Source of the DNA: Bacteroidales bacterium
Lineage (GTDB): Bacteria > Bacteroidota > Bacteroidia > Bacteroidales > UBA932
Length of the DNA: 55,981 nt
NCBI GenBank assembly: GCA_009781275.1
Contig: WQYK01000001.1
Span: 1-55,981, forward strand
Direction of reading: 5' to 3'
A program made the translations under genes and the position numbers. Shown in pieces: positions 25,385 through 36,769 of this stretch (position 1 is its first letter; the number at the start of each line of letters is the position of its first letter). The notes beneath the pieces are model-generated. The model was not told where the DNA came from. It made no database searches and was given only the letters and a program-made list of their open reading frames with translations.

Positions 25385-26917
25385 ATGAAAAGAGTACGCG
25401 TACGTTTTGCACCCAGTCCCACCGGCCCGCTCCACATGGGCGGCGTCCGGACTGCCCTGTATAATTATCTATTTGCCAAGCAGCATCACGGTGACTTTAT
25501 CCTGAGGATTGAAGACACCGACTCACAACGCTATGTTGCAGGCGCAGAAGAGTACATCATTGAATCGCTCCGCTGGTGCGGCATTTTTCCCAATGAAGGG
25601 GTGCTTGAGAACGGAGAGATGGCTGTCGAACCCTCTCCCAACCACCCCCACGCCCCTTACCGACAGTCGCAACGCAAGTCGCTTTACCGTGCATACGCCC
25701 AACAGTTGGTTGCACAGGGAGACGCCTACTACGCCTTTGACAGCGCCGAATCGCTTGAAGCGCTCCGTCAATCTGCAGAGTCAAAAGGCGAAGCCTTCGT
25801 CTACGGTCCCACTTCTCGCGCCACTTTAGACAACTCTTTAGCCATGGAACCCCACGAGGTGGCTAAACGTCTTGAGGAGGAGCGTTGGGTCATCCGATTC
25901 AAAATCCCCCAAGACCATGAAGTCGTTTTTCAAGACCTTATCCGCGGAGAGATTAAAGTGCAAAGCAACACCTTAGACGATAAAGTTTTATGGAAATCAA
26001 TAGATGGATTGCCCACCTACCACTTAGCCAATGTGGTGGACGACCACCTCATGGAGATTAGCCACGTAATCAGAGGCGAAGAGTGGCTCCCCTCTCTCCC
26101 GCTCCACATTTTGCTCTACCGCGCCTTTCAATGGCAGGACACACAACCCCTCTTTGCCCATTTGTCGCTGTTACTCAAACCCGATGGCAAAGGCAAGTTG
26201 AGCAAACGCGACGGCGATCGTTTGGGATTTCCTGTCTTTCCGTTGGAGTGGAAAAGCCCCGAAGGAGTCTCTAAAGGCTATCGGGAAGAGGGCTACTTCC
26301 CGGACGCCTTTGTCAACATGTTGGCTCTCATGGGCTGGAACCCCGGCACCGAGCAAGAGCTCATCTCTTTAGACGAACTCACCCACCTCTTCTCTTTGGA
26401 GCGGGTGGTCAAGTCCGGCGCCCGTTTTAACCTCGAAAAAGCGCACTGGTTTAACCAACAATACTTAAGGACCAAAGAGAATACCCAATTGGCGCAAGAG
26501 TTTGCACAACTCCTTACAGAAGCAGGAATCACCTTTGACCCTTCCAAGCTGCTCCCCATCGTTGAGTTGATCAAAGAGCGCGCCCTCTTTGTGAAAGATT
26601 TTATCGATCTGTCGGACTACTTTTTTACCGCGCCCACCCAATATGACGAAAAACTCCTGGCCAAACACTGGAAAGAGGATATGCCTCAAAAAATGGTGGC
26701 CGTCAAAAACTTTTTGTTCAATATTGAACCATTTACCGCTGAGATGATTGAGCATCCGTTGGCCCAGTTTATCCAAGCCAGCGAATGGGGCATGGGCGGG
26801 GTGATGAATGCCCTGCGTCTTTGCATCGTGGGCGCTGCCAAAGGGCCCGGCATGGCGGCGATTATGTCGGTGATTGGAAAAGAGGAGACGCTCCGTCGGA
26901 TCGAACGGATGCTTTGA
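25385..26917 (+). CDS. gltX: Glutamate--tRNA ligase
   Basis: MKRVRVRFAPSPTGPLHMGGVRTAL (HIGH-type motif) and GKLSKRDG (KMSKS-type motif). 510 aa. The ORF-track start at 25283 covers the promoter region. Confidence 0.95.
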   Translation: MKRVRVRFAPSPTGPLHMGGVRTALYNYLFAKQHHGDFILRIEDTDSQRYVAGAEEYIIESLRWCGIFPNEGVLENGEMAVEPSPNHPHAPYRQSQRKSLYRAYAQQLVAQGDAYYAFDSAESLEALRQSAESKGEAFVYGPTSRATLDNSLAMEPHEVAKRLEEERWVIRFKIPQDHEVVFQDLIRGEIKVQSNTLDDKVLWKSIDGLPTYHLANVVDDHLMEISHVIRGEEWLPSLPLHILLYRAFQWQDTQPLFAHLSLLLKPDGKGKLSKRDGDRLGFPVFPLEWKSPEGVSKGYREEGYFPDAFVNMLALMGWNPGTEQELISLDELTHLFSLERVVKSGARFNLEKAHWFNQQYLRTKENTQLAQEFAQLLTEAGITFDPSKLLPIVELIKERALFVKDFIDLSDYFFTAPTQYDEKLLAKHWKEDMPQKMVAVKNFLFNIEPFTAEMIEHPLAQFIQASEWGMGGVMNALRLCIVGAAKGPGMAAIMSVIGKEETLRRIERML

Positions 26918-27004
26918 GATAAAAAATACCAAGCCATGCAGCGTTTTGAATAGTTTTTGCATCTACATTTAAGTGGACATTAATATTTAATCAATACAAA
27001 CACC

Positions 27005-27835
27005 ATGAAGACGACAATGGAAACAAAAAAACTAAGAACAACAGCCATTCTATTGATAACGACAGCATTAATTTGCTTTTGTACAACAGACGATAACTTA
27101 ATTGAAACAAACGATGACCAAAATGTAACAATGCAAGGGAGGAAAAAACTAAACCCTAATGACGACCCTCTAATCGCGCTGGCTTACGATGACACATATT
27201 TCTACCCAAAGGATTTTTATGTAGACCCAAAACAGGAGGGTTCGCTTTATTATCTTAATTCATTCTACTTAAAGCCAAAAGACCCGCCTATAGAGCTGTC
27301 TACAAATAATAGGATAGAGGCTTTTGAGTGGAAAGAGCAGTTCATATTGAATATGAATAATGCAGGTATTTCTTCTCAAGTAGCTGGAGAAGAAAGAGAG
27401 ACGGAAAGATATTTTGAATTTCCTCAAATATACACGACAAATCATAATATTACGTATGTCATACTTTATAGAGCTCACAAAGCAAGTTATTTTAAACCAT
27501 ATACATACATATATGAAATTGCACGTTCTCGAGAAAATGGCGAAGTAGCCAAAATTGGTTATTATTATGGTTCTCTTGACGAGCAAAAAGTTAAGGAATT
27601 CATTGAGTACTCATGGCTTACAAACACTGGCGTTGGAGGTTTTTTTCATAAAGTAGTTAGTGCTCAATTTAAGGATAAGGGAGATTATTTCGAAGAACAC
27701 ATTTATTCATTCATACTAATCGGAGGCGACTGGGGGATGACAGATATGATAATGGTGTATGATACCTATGTTCGCGTTGACAAGAGCAGCCGACTTGTTT
27801 CTTTGCAACAATCACTTCAAAGACAGATAATTTAG
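27005..27835 (+). CDS. Hypothetical lipoprotein (candidate surface-exposed)
   Basis: Signal peptide ending ALICFC, followed by an acidic TTDDNLIE stretch that resembles the Bacteroidota lipoprotein export signal. I recognised no catalytic motif. An alternative start is ATG 27017. Confidence 0.5.
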   Translation: MKTTMETKKLRTTAILLITTALICFCTTDDNLIETNDDQNVTMQGRKKLNPNDDPLIALAYDDTYFYPKDFYVDPKQEGSLYYLNSFYLKPKDPPIELSTNNRIEAFEWKEQFILNMNNAGISSQVAGEERETERYFEFPQIYTTNHNITYVILYRAHKASYFKPYTYIYEIARSRENGEVAKIGYYYGSLDEQKVKEFIEYSWLTNTGVGGFFHKVVSAQFKDKGDYFEEHIYSFILIGGDWGMTDMIMVYDTYVRVDKSSRLVSLQQSLQRQII

Positions 27836-27947
27836 CCATAGCCTGAGTACGAGCCTTTGTTTTCTAAAAAATGCCGTGAGAACGGTCGAATCGAAAGTAT
27901 TGTTATTTTTGTCGGTCAGTAATGTAAACAAATAAAACAATTCGAAC

Positions 27948-29270
27948 ATGAAAAGAGTACTCATTTTGTCATTAACAGTAAGTTTAATAAGTTTTGCGGG
28001 ATTTTCCCAGGGCATTGACAAAGCTAAATTAGACGCTTATTTTGACGCGCTTGCGAGCAATCATAGATTTATGGGAAGTGTTGCTATTGCGCAGGGCGAC
28101 AGGTTGGTTTATTCAAAATCGGTTGGATTTTCCGATGTTGAACAGGGTATGAAAGCGAGTGAAAATTCAAAGTATAGAATCGGTTCAATTACAAAAACTT
28201 TTACGGCCGTACTTACCCTCCAAGCAGTGGAAGAAGGCAAGTTAAGTTTAAGCGAAACCATTGATAAATTCTTCCCAACCATTGGAAATGCCGACAAAAT
28301 TACCATCGAACATCTGCTTCGCCATCGAAGCGGACTGCACAACCATGTAGACGAGTTGGTAAATTCAAATCGGCACACACAGTCGATAACAGAAAAAGAG
28401 ATGATTGAAGTAATCATAAAAGGTGGAAGTGAATTTGAACCCGATACAAAAATGGCTTACAGCAATCCGAATTTTATATTGCTTACCTACATACTCGAAA
28501 AAATTTACGAAAAACCATTTTCAAAGATACTGGAAGACAAAATCACCAATCCCCTCGGACTGAAAAATACCTACATGAATGGAAAAATAGACACCCAAAA
28601 CGGCGAGTGTAATTCATACATTTTTCTCAATGATCGTTGGGTATTAGCGCCTGAATTAGATGTGTCGCAAGCCGTTGGTGCAGGCGCGATGACTTCAGAT
28701 CCAACCGATTTGCTTAAATTCAGCCACGCGCTTTTTAACGGAAAACTGATTTCTGAAAACAGTTTAACGAAAATGATGACCATTAAAGACCGTTTTGGAA
28801 TGGGACTGGCCCTAATACCGTTTTATGACAAAACAGGTTTTGGGCATTCAGGCGGAATAGACGGTTTTCGTTCGTTATTTGCTTATCTTCCCACAGGGGA
28901 AATTTCATTTGCCTATACCTCAAATGGAATGAACTTTAATGGAAACGACATTGCCATTGCCGTACTGAGTGCATCATACAATATGGCGTTTGAAATTCCC
29001 GAATTCCTGACATACGAACTGACTGAAGAGGATTTGGATATGTATTTGGGAGTTTATTCAAGCAAGCAAATCCCTTTGATGATAACCATAACGAAAGCCA
29101 ATGGCAAATTATTTGGACAAGGGACAGGACAACCTTCTTTTCCTTTGGAAGCGACTGCAAAAGACAAATTTGAGTTTAAGCAGGCAGGGCTAATTTTGGA
29201 ATTTAATCCGTCAAATAAAACAATGATATTGAAACAGGGAGGAGGAGTATTTAATTTTGAGAGAGAATGA
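27948..29270 (+). CDS. Beta-lactamase-family serine hydrolase (class C / peptidase S12-like)
   Basis: Signal peptide. SxxK (GSITKTF), YxN (AYSNPNF) and an HSG variant of KTG (GFGHSGGIDGF). A C-terminal extra domain of about 90 aa. Confidence 0.85.
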   Translation: MKRVLILSLTVSLISFAGFSQGIDKAKLDAYFDALASNHRFMGSVAIAQGDRLVYSKSVGFSDVEQGMKASENSKYRIGSITKTFTAVLTLQAVEEGKLSLSETIDKFFPTIGNADKITIEHLLRHRSGLHNHVDELVNSNRHTQSITEKEMIEVIIKGGSEFEPDTKMAYSNPNFILLTYILEKIYEKPFSKILEDKITNPLGLKNTYMNGKIDTQNGECNSYIFLNDRWVLAPELDVSQAVGAGAMTSDPTDLLKFSHALFNGKLISENSLTKMMTIKDRFGMGLALIPFYDKTGFGHSGGIDGFRSLFAYLPTGEISFAYTSNGMNFNGNDIAIAVLSASYNMAFEIPEFLTYELTEEDLDMYLGVYSSKQIPLMITITKANGKLFGQGTGQPSFPLEATAKDKFEFKQAGLILEFNPSNKTMILKQGGGVFNFERE

Positions 29271-29324
29271 TCAAATGTTTTATGGGGTTTTTTGATTTGA
29301 AATGAAATTTAATTCAATGTAAAC

Positions 29325-29942
29325 ATGAAACAGAAGTTTTCAATAAGCAAAATCGGAAAATATTTGCGTGAAATTTCCGTAATCGTAATTGGCGTTGCAA
29401 TAACGCTATCTGCAAGTTATGGGATAAGCATCCGAGGCGAAAAAAGGGATATGGCTCTCTATTTGAACGCCATTAAGTTGGAGTTAGAAGAAAATATAGA
29501 AACGATCGAACGAGCAATCGAAGACTTGAAGCCTTCGGTCAAATACTCCAACTATTTACAATCGCTTGATATAAAATCGCTCAACAATGACTCAATCAGA
29601 AGTTATGAAGATGCTTTTTTGGTTAGTATGTATTCGTTTCAAACAAATGCTTTTGAAATGTTTAAAAATTCCGGCGTCATGCGTCTTATCGACGACAAAG
29701 AGTTCTTGCAGTCGCTATGGAATATGCATGAAGGAATGATTGGTTTAAGAGCAATATCCGACTGGTATTTTCATGAAAAGTGGAGCGCTTTAAAACAGGA
29801 AATTCCGTTACTGATTGATGGACAGAAATTAAAAACACCACCCATGTATTACTTCCACCTTTCTATGCCCAACCTTATGTTGAGACATTATCAAAAAGCT
29901 TTACGGGACTCAAAAGAAATGGTTTTGAAGTTGGAAAAATAA
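29325..29942 (+). CDS. Hypothetical N-terminally membrane-anchored protein (DUF6090-like)
   Basis: KYLREISVIVIGVAITLSASYGI TM anchor followed by a helical domain. The resemblance to Flavobacteriia-type DUF6090 proteins is from memory only. Confidence 0.45.
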   Translation: MKQKFSISKIGKYLREISVIVIGVAITLSASYGISIRGEKRDMALYLNAIKLELEENIETIERAIEDLKPSVKYSNYLQSLDIKSLNNDSIRSYEDAFLVSMYSFQTNAFEMFKNSGVMRLIDDKEFLQSLWNMHEGMIGLRAISDWYFHEKWSALKQEIPLLIDGQKLKTPPMYYFHLSMPNLMLRHYQKALRDSKEMVLKLEK

Positions 29943-30003
29943 AAAAGTAATAGGGTTTTTTGTTTCTGAACGGTCATAGTATAGAAGCAAAAAATATTCA
30001 CAA

Positions 30004-30975
30004 ATGAAAAAAGTAAAATTTATATTTACCGGCATTTTTCTGATTGCAGTCTTGACCGTTGCATCGGCCCAGGTACATTTGTCGTTCAACCTCGAAAAGG
30101 GAGAAAAGTATGAGTATCTAATGGATATCAAAACGACCTCACAGCAAAGCTTTGGGGATCAGACAAGCATCGGGGAGATGGAAATTGTTTTCAAATACCT
30201 GATAGAGGTCACAGAAAAAACGCCCCAGGAAATCACGGCGCAGTTTACTTTCACACAAATCATCTACGTCGTATCAAATCCCAGGATGAAAATGGGGTAT
30301 CATTCAAAAAATCAGGTCGAGAATCCAACGGATATTGATAAAATGCTCGGCAATATGATAGACAAAGTGATTGGTCAATCGTTTGTGGCGGTCATTGCTC
30401 CCGACGGTTCGATCAAATCGGTTACGGGAATGGATGCCGTTTACGAAAACATGGTCAGTGAAATAGAAGGTGACGAGCAGATGGCGGCACAGTTGAGCGC
30501 ACAGATGAGGTCAATGTTCACAGACAGATCCAGGAAAAATTCGCTCGATATGTTGTTGACCATATACCCTGCAAAGGAGGTAGTGGTGGGAGACAGCTGG
30601 AATTTTGAAATAGAGATACCTACAAACAATGGGAGCTTTGCCTACAATCCAAAATTCACCTTAAAGGAGATCAGTAACGACGTGGCCATTGTTGACGTTA
30701 TAGTTGTTATAGAGGCAAATCCGGACGCCGAAAGCATTTTTTCCGCAATACAAACCGGAACGATACTCATCGACGTCAAAACCGGATTACCTATTTCGGG
30801 CGATATCACGTTTGACTCAAAAAGCTCTTTTAAGAACCAGGGAATGGATGTGCAAATCGACTCTTCAGAAAAATGGAAAACAACAGGATCTACCCTATCA
30901 GCAAACCACATTCACAATTTTACCGGGCACAACGATCACTTTTTTGACCAAAGCGCCACCCAAGAACTTCTCTAA
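30004..30975 (+). CDS. Hypothetical secreted protein (DUF6263-like). Its 3' end runs 78 nt antisense into leuS
   Basis: Signal peptide [23 protein letters not shown]. No recognised motif. The last 26 codons are encoded on the opposite strand of the leuS C-terminal codons. Confidence 0.5.
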   Translation: MKKVKFIFTGIFLIAVLTVASAQVHLSFNLEKGEKYEYLMDIKTTSQQSFGDQTSIGEMEIVFKYLIEVTEKTPQEITAQFTFTQIIYVVSNPRMKMGYHSKNQVENPTDIDKMLGNMIDKVIGQSFVAVIAPDGSIKSVTGMDAVYENMVSEIEGDEQMAAQLSAQMRSMFTDRSRKNSLDMLLTIYPAKEVVVGDSWNFEIEIPTNNGSFAYNPKFTLKEISNDVAIVDVIVVIEANPDAESIFSAIQTGTILIDVKTGLPISGDITFDSKSSFKNQGMDVQIDSSEKWKTTGSTLSANHIHNFTGHNDHFFDQSATQELL

Positions 30976-33660
30976 TTGCGGATCGGCCAAGATGGCTTGT
31001 TGCACCTGCTCTTGAGACATTTCTAACGGAAGCTCCTTTTTAAAGCGCAATTTACCGTTCACCGACACAGGATACTCAAAAGTATGCTCCAGGGTGAAGG
31101 ATCCATTATACTGTGGATATTGTGCCTGTGAAATGGTTTGGGAATAACCCAATTGTTTCCACAACTCCTCTGTAATGTGGGGCGCAAAGGGAGAGAGCAC
31201 AATCAGAAATGGCTCCAAAATGGCCTGTTTGCGGCACTTGAGCTCCATCAGCTCATTTACAAAGATCATAAAGGCGCTGACCGAAGTGTTGAAAGAGAAC
31301 TGCTCAATGTCGCTCTCCACCTTACCGATCAGTTTATGCAACGCCTTTAACTCCCGGGCAGAGGGAGCCTCCTGTGTAACAGCGTACTGTTCTTTATCAT
31401 AGAAGAGACGCCACACCTTTTTGAGAAAACGGTGAACACCGTCAATCCCGTTGGTGTCCCACGGCTTGGCCTGCTCCAGAGGGCCTAAAAACATCTCGTA
31501 CATCCGCAACGTATCGGCGCCATAGTCGGCGCAAATCCGGTCTGGGTTAACCACGTTGTGCATCGATTTGCTCATCTTCTCCACGGCCCAGCCGCAAATG
31601 TACACCCCCTCTTCAAAAATAAATTGGGCGGCAGCAAATTCGGGACGCCACGCTTTGAACGCCTCAACGTCCAACCTGTCGTTTTGTACCAAACTGACGT
31701 CTACGTGCAACTCTGTGGTGTCGTACTGCTCTTTTAGCCCAAGGGAGACAAAGGTGTTGGTGTTGACAACACGATAGACAAAGTTGGAGCGTCCCTGAAT
31801 CATACCCTGATTCACAAGTTTTTTAAAAGGCTCATCTTGACAAATATATCCCCTGTCATACAAAAATTTGTTCCAGAATCGGGAGTAGATCAGGTGTCCG
31901 GTGGCGTGTTCGGTACCGCCAATATAGAGGTCTACGTCTCGCCAGTAGTCGTTGGCCTCACGGCTCACTAAGGCGTCGTGGTTACGGGGATCCATGTAGC
32001 GCAGGTAGTAGGCGCTGCTGCCGGCAAATCCGGGCATGGTGCTCTTTTCTATGGGGCATCCCTGATAGTTCCAATCTTTGGCGCGCCCCAGCGGCGGCTC
32101 GCCTGTCTCTGTGGGCAAAAAGGCGTCCACATCGGGCAGCTCCAAAGGCAACGCCTCAATGGGCATGGGCATAGCTACGCCGTCTTTATTGTAGATGGGA
32201 AACGGCTCTCCCCAGTAGCGTTGACGGCTAAAGATGGCGTCACGCAGACGGTAATTCACCTGACGTTTGCCTATTCCCAGACGCTCCACCTCGTGGATGG
32301 CAGCTGGAATCGCCTCCTTTACACTCATTCCGTTTAAGAAACCCGAATTACACATGACTCCCTCTTTGGCGTCAAAGCTTTCCAGGCTAACGTCGCACCC
32401 TTGGATCAGGGGAACAATGGGCAGGTCAAACTGTTTGGCAAATACATAGTCCCGGCTGTCGTGCGCAGGAACCGCCATAATGGCGCCGGTGCCGTAACCC
32501 GCCAACACATATTCGCTGATCCAAACAGGCAATTTCTCTCCGGTAAAGGGATTTACGGCATAACTCCCGCTAAACACCCCCGACACTTTGTGGGTCTCGG
32601 TCATGCGCTCCCGTTCGGTCTTCTTTTTGGCTTCCAACAGGTAAGCCGCTACCGCCTCCTTTTGTCCAGGCGTGGTTAGCTTCTCTACCCAATCGCTCTC
32701 GGGCGCCAACACCATAAAGGTGACGCCAAACACCGTGTCTGCACGGGTGGTAAAGACACACATGTCGTACTCTTCACTGTCATTGCCCACTTTAAACACC
32801 ATCTCGGCCCCCTCCGACTTTCCGATCCAGTTGCGTTGCATCTCTTTGAGCGAATCGCTCCATGCCAAAGTCTCCAAACTGTTTAACAGCCGCTCTGCAT
32901 ACGCCGACACCCTCAGTTGCCACTGTTTCATCTTTTTTTGTTCTACGGGATGGCCGCCCCTTACCGAAAAACCATCTTTTACCTCATCATTCGCCAACAC
33001 CGTTCCCAATGCGGAGCACCAATTGACAGCCGTCTCCCCAATGTAGGCGATCCGGTAGTTCATCAATACATCCTGTTTCTCCTGTTCCGACATGGCGTTC
33101 CATTGGGCGGCGCTAAAATCGAGCTTTTCTGTACACGCTGCATTCAGCCCCCCTACTCCCTGCAAGGCAAACGCCTCCTCCAGCTCGGAGATGGGCCGCG
33201 CCTGCTGCTCGTCGCAGCAATAGTAACTGTGAAACATCTCGATAAATGCCCACTGCGTCCACTTATAGTAGTCCGGATCACACGTCTGCACCTCACGGTC
33301 CCAATCGTAAGAAAAACCGATCTTATCCATCTGCTCGCGGTAGCGGGCAATGTTCTTTTGAGTCGTGACGGCAGGGTGCTGTCCCGTTTGAATGGCGTAC
33401 TGTTCCGCAGGCAGGCCAAAGGCGTCGTAGCCCATGGGATGCAACACGTTATACCCTTTTAGCCTTTTGTACCGGCTATAAATATCGCTGGCAATATATC
33501 CAAGTGGATGACCCACGTGCAACCCGGCCCCGGATGGGTAGGGAAACATGTCTAAGACGTAAAACTTGGGGCGCAGCGGGTCAATCTCTACTTTAAAAGT
33601 TTTATTTTTAGCCCAATACTGCTGCCAACATTGTTCGATTTCTGTAAAATTGTATTCCAT
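30898..33660 (-). CDS. leuS: Leucine--tRNA ligase
   Basis: ATG 33660 gives [20 protein letters not shown]-type motif ([10 protein letters not shown]) and KMSKS ([11 protein letters not shown]). 920 aa. The ORF-track start at 33777 overlaps the upstream gene. Confidence 0.96.
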   Translation of the reverse strand: MEYNFTEIEQCWQQYWAKNKTFKVEIDPLRPKFYVLDMFPYPSGAGLHVGHPLGYIASDIYSRYKRLKGYNVLHPMGYDAFGLPAEQYAIQTGQHPAVTTQKNIARYREQMDKIGFSYDWDREVQTCDPDYYKWTQWAFIEMFHSYYCCDEQQARPISELEEAFALQGVGGLNAACTEKLDFSAAQWNAMSEQEKQDVLMNYRIAYIGETAVNWCSALGTVLANDEVKDGFSVRGGHPVEQKKMKQWQLRVSAYAERLLNSLETLAWSDSLKEMQRNWIGKSEGAEMVFKVGNDSEEYDMCVFTTRADTVFGVTFMVLAPESDWVEKLTTPGQKEAVAAYLLEAKKKTERERMTETHKVSGVFSGSYAVNPFTGEKLPVWISEYVLAGYGTGAIMAVPAHDSRDYVFAKQFDLPIVPLIQGCDVSLESFDAKEGVMCNSGFLNGMSVKEAIPAAIHEVERLGIGKRQVNYRLRDAIFSRQRYWGEPFPIYNKDGVAMPMPIEALPLELPDVDAFLPTETGEPPLGRAKDWNYQGCPIEKSTMPGFAGSSAYYLRYMDPRNHDALVSREANDYWRDVDLYIGGTEHATGHLIYSRFWNKFLYDRGYICQDEPFKKLVNQGMIQGRSNFVYRVVNTNTFVSLGLKEQYDTTELHVDVSLVQNDRLDVEAFKAWRPEFAAAQFIFEEGVYICGWAVEKMSKSMHNVVNPDRICADYGADTLRMYEMFLGPLEQAKPWDTNGIDGVHRFLKKVWRLFYDKEQYAVTQEAPSARELKALHKLIGKVESDIEQFSFNTSVSAFMIFVNELMELKCRKQAILEPFLIVLSPFAPHITEELWKQLGYSQTISQAQYPQYNGSFTLEHTFEYPVSVNGKLRFKKELPLEMSQEQVQQAILADPQLEKFLGGALVKKVIVVPGKIVNVVC

Positions 33661-33695
33661 GACGGCGACTTTTGAGGGGGCAAAGGTATGCAATT

Positions 33696-34988
33696 TTACC
33701 GCCTCTTCAACACAAAATAGACCGGTACTACGCATTGTGCACGTACCGCTTTTCCTTTTTTTCGTCCGGGTGTCCATTTGGGGGAAGCGGATACCACCCT
33801 GATCGCTTCGTCATCCAGCAATGGGTCAATCGATTCAACAACCTCTACATGGGTAATCGATCCGTCTGCTTCTATGACAAAACGAACCAAAACACGTCCC
33901 TGTATGCCTTGGGCGATGGCGTTGTTTGGATACTTGAGGTATTTGTTGACCCACTGCCTCACAAATTGCGCCTCATCCCCTTTTTGAAACCTGGGAAGCC
34001 TGTCCAACTCGCCAAAGCTATAAATCCGCATATTGTCATCAGGCCGACCAGATGAAGAGGGAAGCTCGTCTGAGTTTGCAATTTGAATCAGCAACGCTTT
34101 TATGTAGGCCATTCGTTGCTCCGCCTGACCATAATCCAATAGATTGGGATTATCTCCGGGCCTGTGGTAATCGGTGTGGAGTCCGCTTGTGAGGAGTACC
34201 ACAGGGATGTTGTTAGCGAAAAAAATTTGATGATCCGACGGAAAGTATTCTGTTTCGATCACCCTGGGTGCCATATAGGGGGGTACATCCACTTCTTGCA
34301 ACAAATCGGCCAACTCTTTATTGGGCGCCACTGTATAGGCACTAAAGGGATTCCTTGCCCCGCTACGTCCGATCATATCTATATTGATCATAAAAACGGT
34401 CTGATCAATGGGCGAAAAGGCGCGGTGAACAAAATACCACGATCCGATCATTCCCATCTCCTCCGCTCCAAAGGCGACAAAAACCAAGGAACGCTTGTAA
34501 AGGTAGGGCTGTTGCGCGGCCACTTTGGCCAACTCCAAAAGCAGCGCCACGCCCAAAGCGTTGTCGTCTGCGCCCGGGTAGATGATCAACGAATCTCTGC
34601 CGTCAATTGTAATAATTTGACTTCCGAGATGGTCATAGTGTGCTCCAATCACAATGTACTCCTCCCTGAGTTTGGGGTCGTTCCCCACCACAATACCCAC
34701 AATGTTTTGAGAATGGAGGGTGTCGCCATGTTGATTGATCACAGAGAAGTCTTGAATTCCGTTTGGGTAGATAAATTCTAAGCTACAGGATTCAAAATGG
34801 CGGCTTATGTAGGCGGCAGCGGCTTTTTCCCCTTCTGTTCCCACGGCCCGGCCCGCCAGAGAGTCGGAGGCAAGTATATGGACGTGCTCTTTAAGGGAGG
34901 CTTCTAAAGAGCGCTGAGCCCACGTCGTCTGGGTAATAAAGAGCGACGTAACCAAAAAAAGGATGCGTAAAATGGTGGGTCTATTCAT
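33696..34988 (-). CDS. M28-family aminopeptidase fused to a C-terminal TonB_C domain
   Basis: Signal peptide ([25 protein letters not shown]). M28 metal-ligand pattern ([36 protein letters not shown]). The last ~100 aa match the TonB C-terminal pattern ([47 protein letters not shown]...[11 protein letters not shown]). Confidence 0.8.
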   Translation of the reverse strand: MNRPTILRILFLVTSLFITQTTWAQRSLEASLKEHVHILASDSLAGRAVGTEGEKAAAAYISRHFESCSLEFIYPNGIQDFSVINQHGDTLHSQNIVGIVVGNDPKLREEYIVIGAHYDHLGSQIITIDGRDSLIIYPGADDNALGVALLLELAKVAAQQPYLYKRSLVFVAFGAEEMGMIGSWYFVHRAFSPIDQTVFMINIDMIGRSGARNPFSAYTVAPNKELADLLQEVDVPPYMAPRVIETEYFPSDHQIFFANNIPVVLLTSGLHTDYHRPGDNPNLLDYGQAEQRMAYIKALLIQIANSDELPSSSGRPDDNMRIYSFGELDRLPRFQKGDEAQFVRQWVNKYLKYPNNAIAQGIQGRVLVRFVIEADGSITHVEVVESIDPLLDDEAIRVVSASPKWTPGRKKGKAVRAQCVVPVYFVLKRR

Positions 34989-35021
34989 CCCGGAAATGTG
35001 TATCAAAAAACGTGCCGCGGG

Positions 35022-36131
35022 TTATGCGCCCTTGTAAAAGGGAGTCTTTACCACTTTGGCTTTTAAAAGTTTCCCGCGGATGTTCAAAAATAGTTCGGTA
35101 TCGATTTTACTGAGCGCTGTTTGTACGTAACCCAACCCTACACCCACTTTAAGGCAGGGGCTCATGGTGCCGGAGGTGATCGTGCCAATAACGCTTCCGT
35201 CGGCATTACAAATATCGTATCCGTGGCGGGGAATGCCGCGGTCTATCATTTCAAAGCCAACGAGTTTACGTTTAATTCCCTCGGCCTTTTGGGCGGTCAA
35301 AAATCCTTTGTCGACAAAGTCGCCTTTGGCTTCGGAAAATTTGGTGATCCAGCCTAAGCCTGCCTCTAACGGGGAGGTGGCGTCGTCAATATCGTTTCCG
35401 TAGAGGCAAAAACCCATCTCCAACCTAAGGGTATCGCGGGCGCCCAAGCCAACGGGGCAAATTCCAAACCCGGCTCCGGCTTCAAAAACGGCTTGCCACA
35501 GTTTGGCGCCGTCCTGATTGGCCACATAGACTTCGCATCCTCCCGAACCGGTATAACCAGTGGTAGAGAAGATGGCATTGGGAATACCGGCTACCGTAAG
35601 TTTTTTAAAAGTGTAGTACTCCATATCCTCTATGGACTGATCACAAATCTTTTGCATCACTTTGAGCGCCAGAGGCCCCTGAATGGCCAGCTGGCAGATC
35701 TCGTCGGAGGCATTGTAGAGCTCTTTCCCGGGGGTGATCTGAAACTGAGGGGCGATGGCAGCAAGGTGGTCCCAATCTTTTTGAATATTGGCGGCGTTCA
35801 CCACCAAAAGATAGGTTTGTTTGTCTATACAGTAGACAAGCAAATCGTCTACAATCCCCCCCTTTCCGTTGGGAAAACAGGAGTATTGCACCTTACCGGG
35901 CGCCAACAGAGATGCATCGTTGGAGGTGGTATATTGGATAAACGCCAAAGCATTAGGCCCCTTTACCCAAAATTCGCCCATGTGGCTGACGTCAAAAACG
36001 CCTGCTTTTTGGCGCACACAAAGGTGCTCGTCATTGATACCCGAAAATTCCACCGGCATGTTGTATCCGGCAAAAGGGACCATTTTGGCCCCCAAATCAA
36101 TATGAAATTGAGTAAATGGAGTGTTCTTCAT
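35022..36131 (-). CDS. gcvT: Glycine cleavage system aminomethyltransferase T
   Basis: [30 protein letters not shown]-terminus and full-length GcvT pattern. ATG 36131. Confidence 0.95.
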   Translation of the reverse strand: MKNTPFTQFHIDLGAKMVPFAGYNMPVEFSGINDEHLCVRQKAGVFDVSHMGEFWVKGPNALAFIQYTTSNDASLLAPGKVQYSCFPNGKGGIVDDLLVYCIDKQTYLLVVNAANIQKDWDHLAAIAPQFQITPGKELYNASDEICQLAIQGPLALKVMQKICDQSIEDMEYYTFKKLTVAGIPNAIFSTTGYTGSGGCEVYVANQDGAKLWQAVFEAGAGFGICPVGLGARDTLRLEMGFCLYGNDIDDATSPLEAGLGWITKFSEAKGDFVDKGFLTAQKAEGIKRKLVGFEMIDRGIPRHGYDICNADGSVIGTITSGTMSPCLKVGVGLGYVQTALSKIDTELFLNIRGKLLKAKVVKTPFYKGA

Positions 36132-36139
36132 AAATATCA

Positions 36140-36667
36140 TCATTTTTTTAATTCGAACACGTATGGATCCGGCGGACACAAAGATGGGTCGGTGGACTGC
36201 ATACGTTGCATGGCTGTCCTGGCTTCGGGGTAAGATGCGTAGGAACCGGCAGAAACAACCACGTAACCATCCAAACGCAACTCTACAGGCTGATATCCCC
36301 GATCAGAGAGCCTCCTGATCATTCTGGCGGCATTCTCGGGCACACGAAAACTTCCTACCACAACGTGAAAACGATCACCCGTATTTGTGGATACACTTGT
36401 AGTTGTGCTGAGCCAATTTTGAGTGGTAGAGAGAGAGGGCTCATCCTGGCCCATGACGTCAAAACCTTCGGACTCTTCTATTAGCTTGGCGAACGCTTCC
36501 TCTTCGAAATATTTGTTAATCGCCTCTATGCTGTCTCTTTGAGCTTTTGCCTTCCGCTCTGCTACTTCGTAATCAGTTGGCAAATTTAAAATCCGTTTGA
36601 TCTGATCGCATGAACTAAGGCTTAATACCATAAAGAACAAAAATATAAAAAAGACTTTTTGATGCAT
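36140..36667 (-). CDS. SPOR domain-containing lipoprotein
   Basis: Lipobox LSLSSCDQ. C-terminal SPOR pattern [44 protein letters not shown]. It ends 8 nt before gcvT. Confidence 0.8.
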   Translation of the reverse strand: MHQKVFFIFLFFMVLSLSSCDQIKRILNLPTDYEVAERKAKAQRDSIEAINKYFEEEAFAKLIEESEGFDVMGQDEPSLSTTQNWLSTTTSVSTNTGDRFHVVVGSFRVPENAARMIRRLSDRGYQPVELRLDGYVVVSAGSYASYPEARTAMQRMQSTDPSLCPPDPYVFELKK

Positions 36668-36699
36668 GGAGTATCGCTTTTTTGATTTAAATAATGGTG

Positions 36700-36707
36700 C
36701 AAATATA
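36700..36707 (-). promoter_or_regulatory. Candidate -7 box (TATATTTG) for the SPOR-gcvT-M28 transcription unit
   Basis: Exact TAnnTTTG match on the minus strand, with 32 nt between the box and ATG 36667. Confidence 0.45.
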
Positions 36708-36769
36708 CAAATATCCTCATAATTATTGTATCTTCGTCAAAACTTTTAGTTTCAAAACACTCTTTTCTC

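Larger units (their letters stand above)
26918..30897. other. Low-GC four-gene insertion between the 3' ends of gltX and leuS (candidate horizontally acquired islet)
   Basis: Hand counts on sampled 60-nt lines give about 35-40% GC inside (27001, 28501, 29701, 30841) and about 48-60% in the flanks (26821, 30961, 33001). All four ORFs are on the + strand. No integrase, transposase or tRNA is visible. Confidence 0.6.

Noticed and set aside
36132-36139. Looked for a glycine riboswitch upstream of gcvT
   Set aside because: Only 8 nt separate gcvT from the preceding SPOR gene, so there is no room for a riboswitch. gcvT appears to be co-transcribed with that gene.
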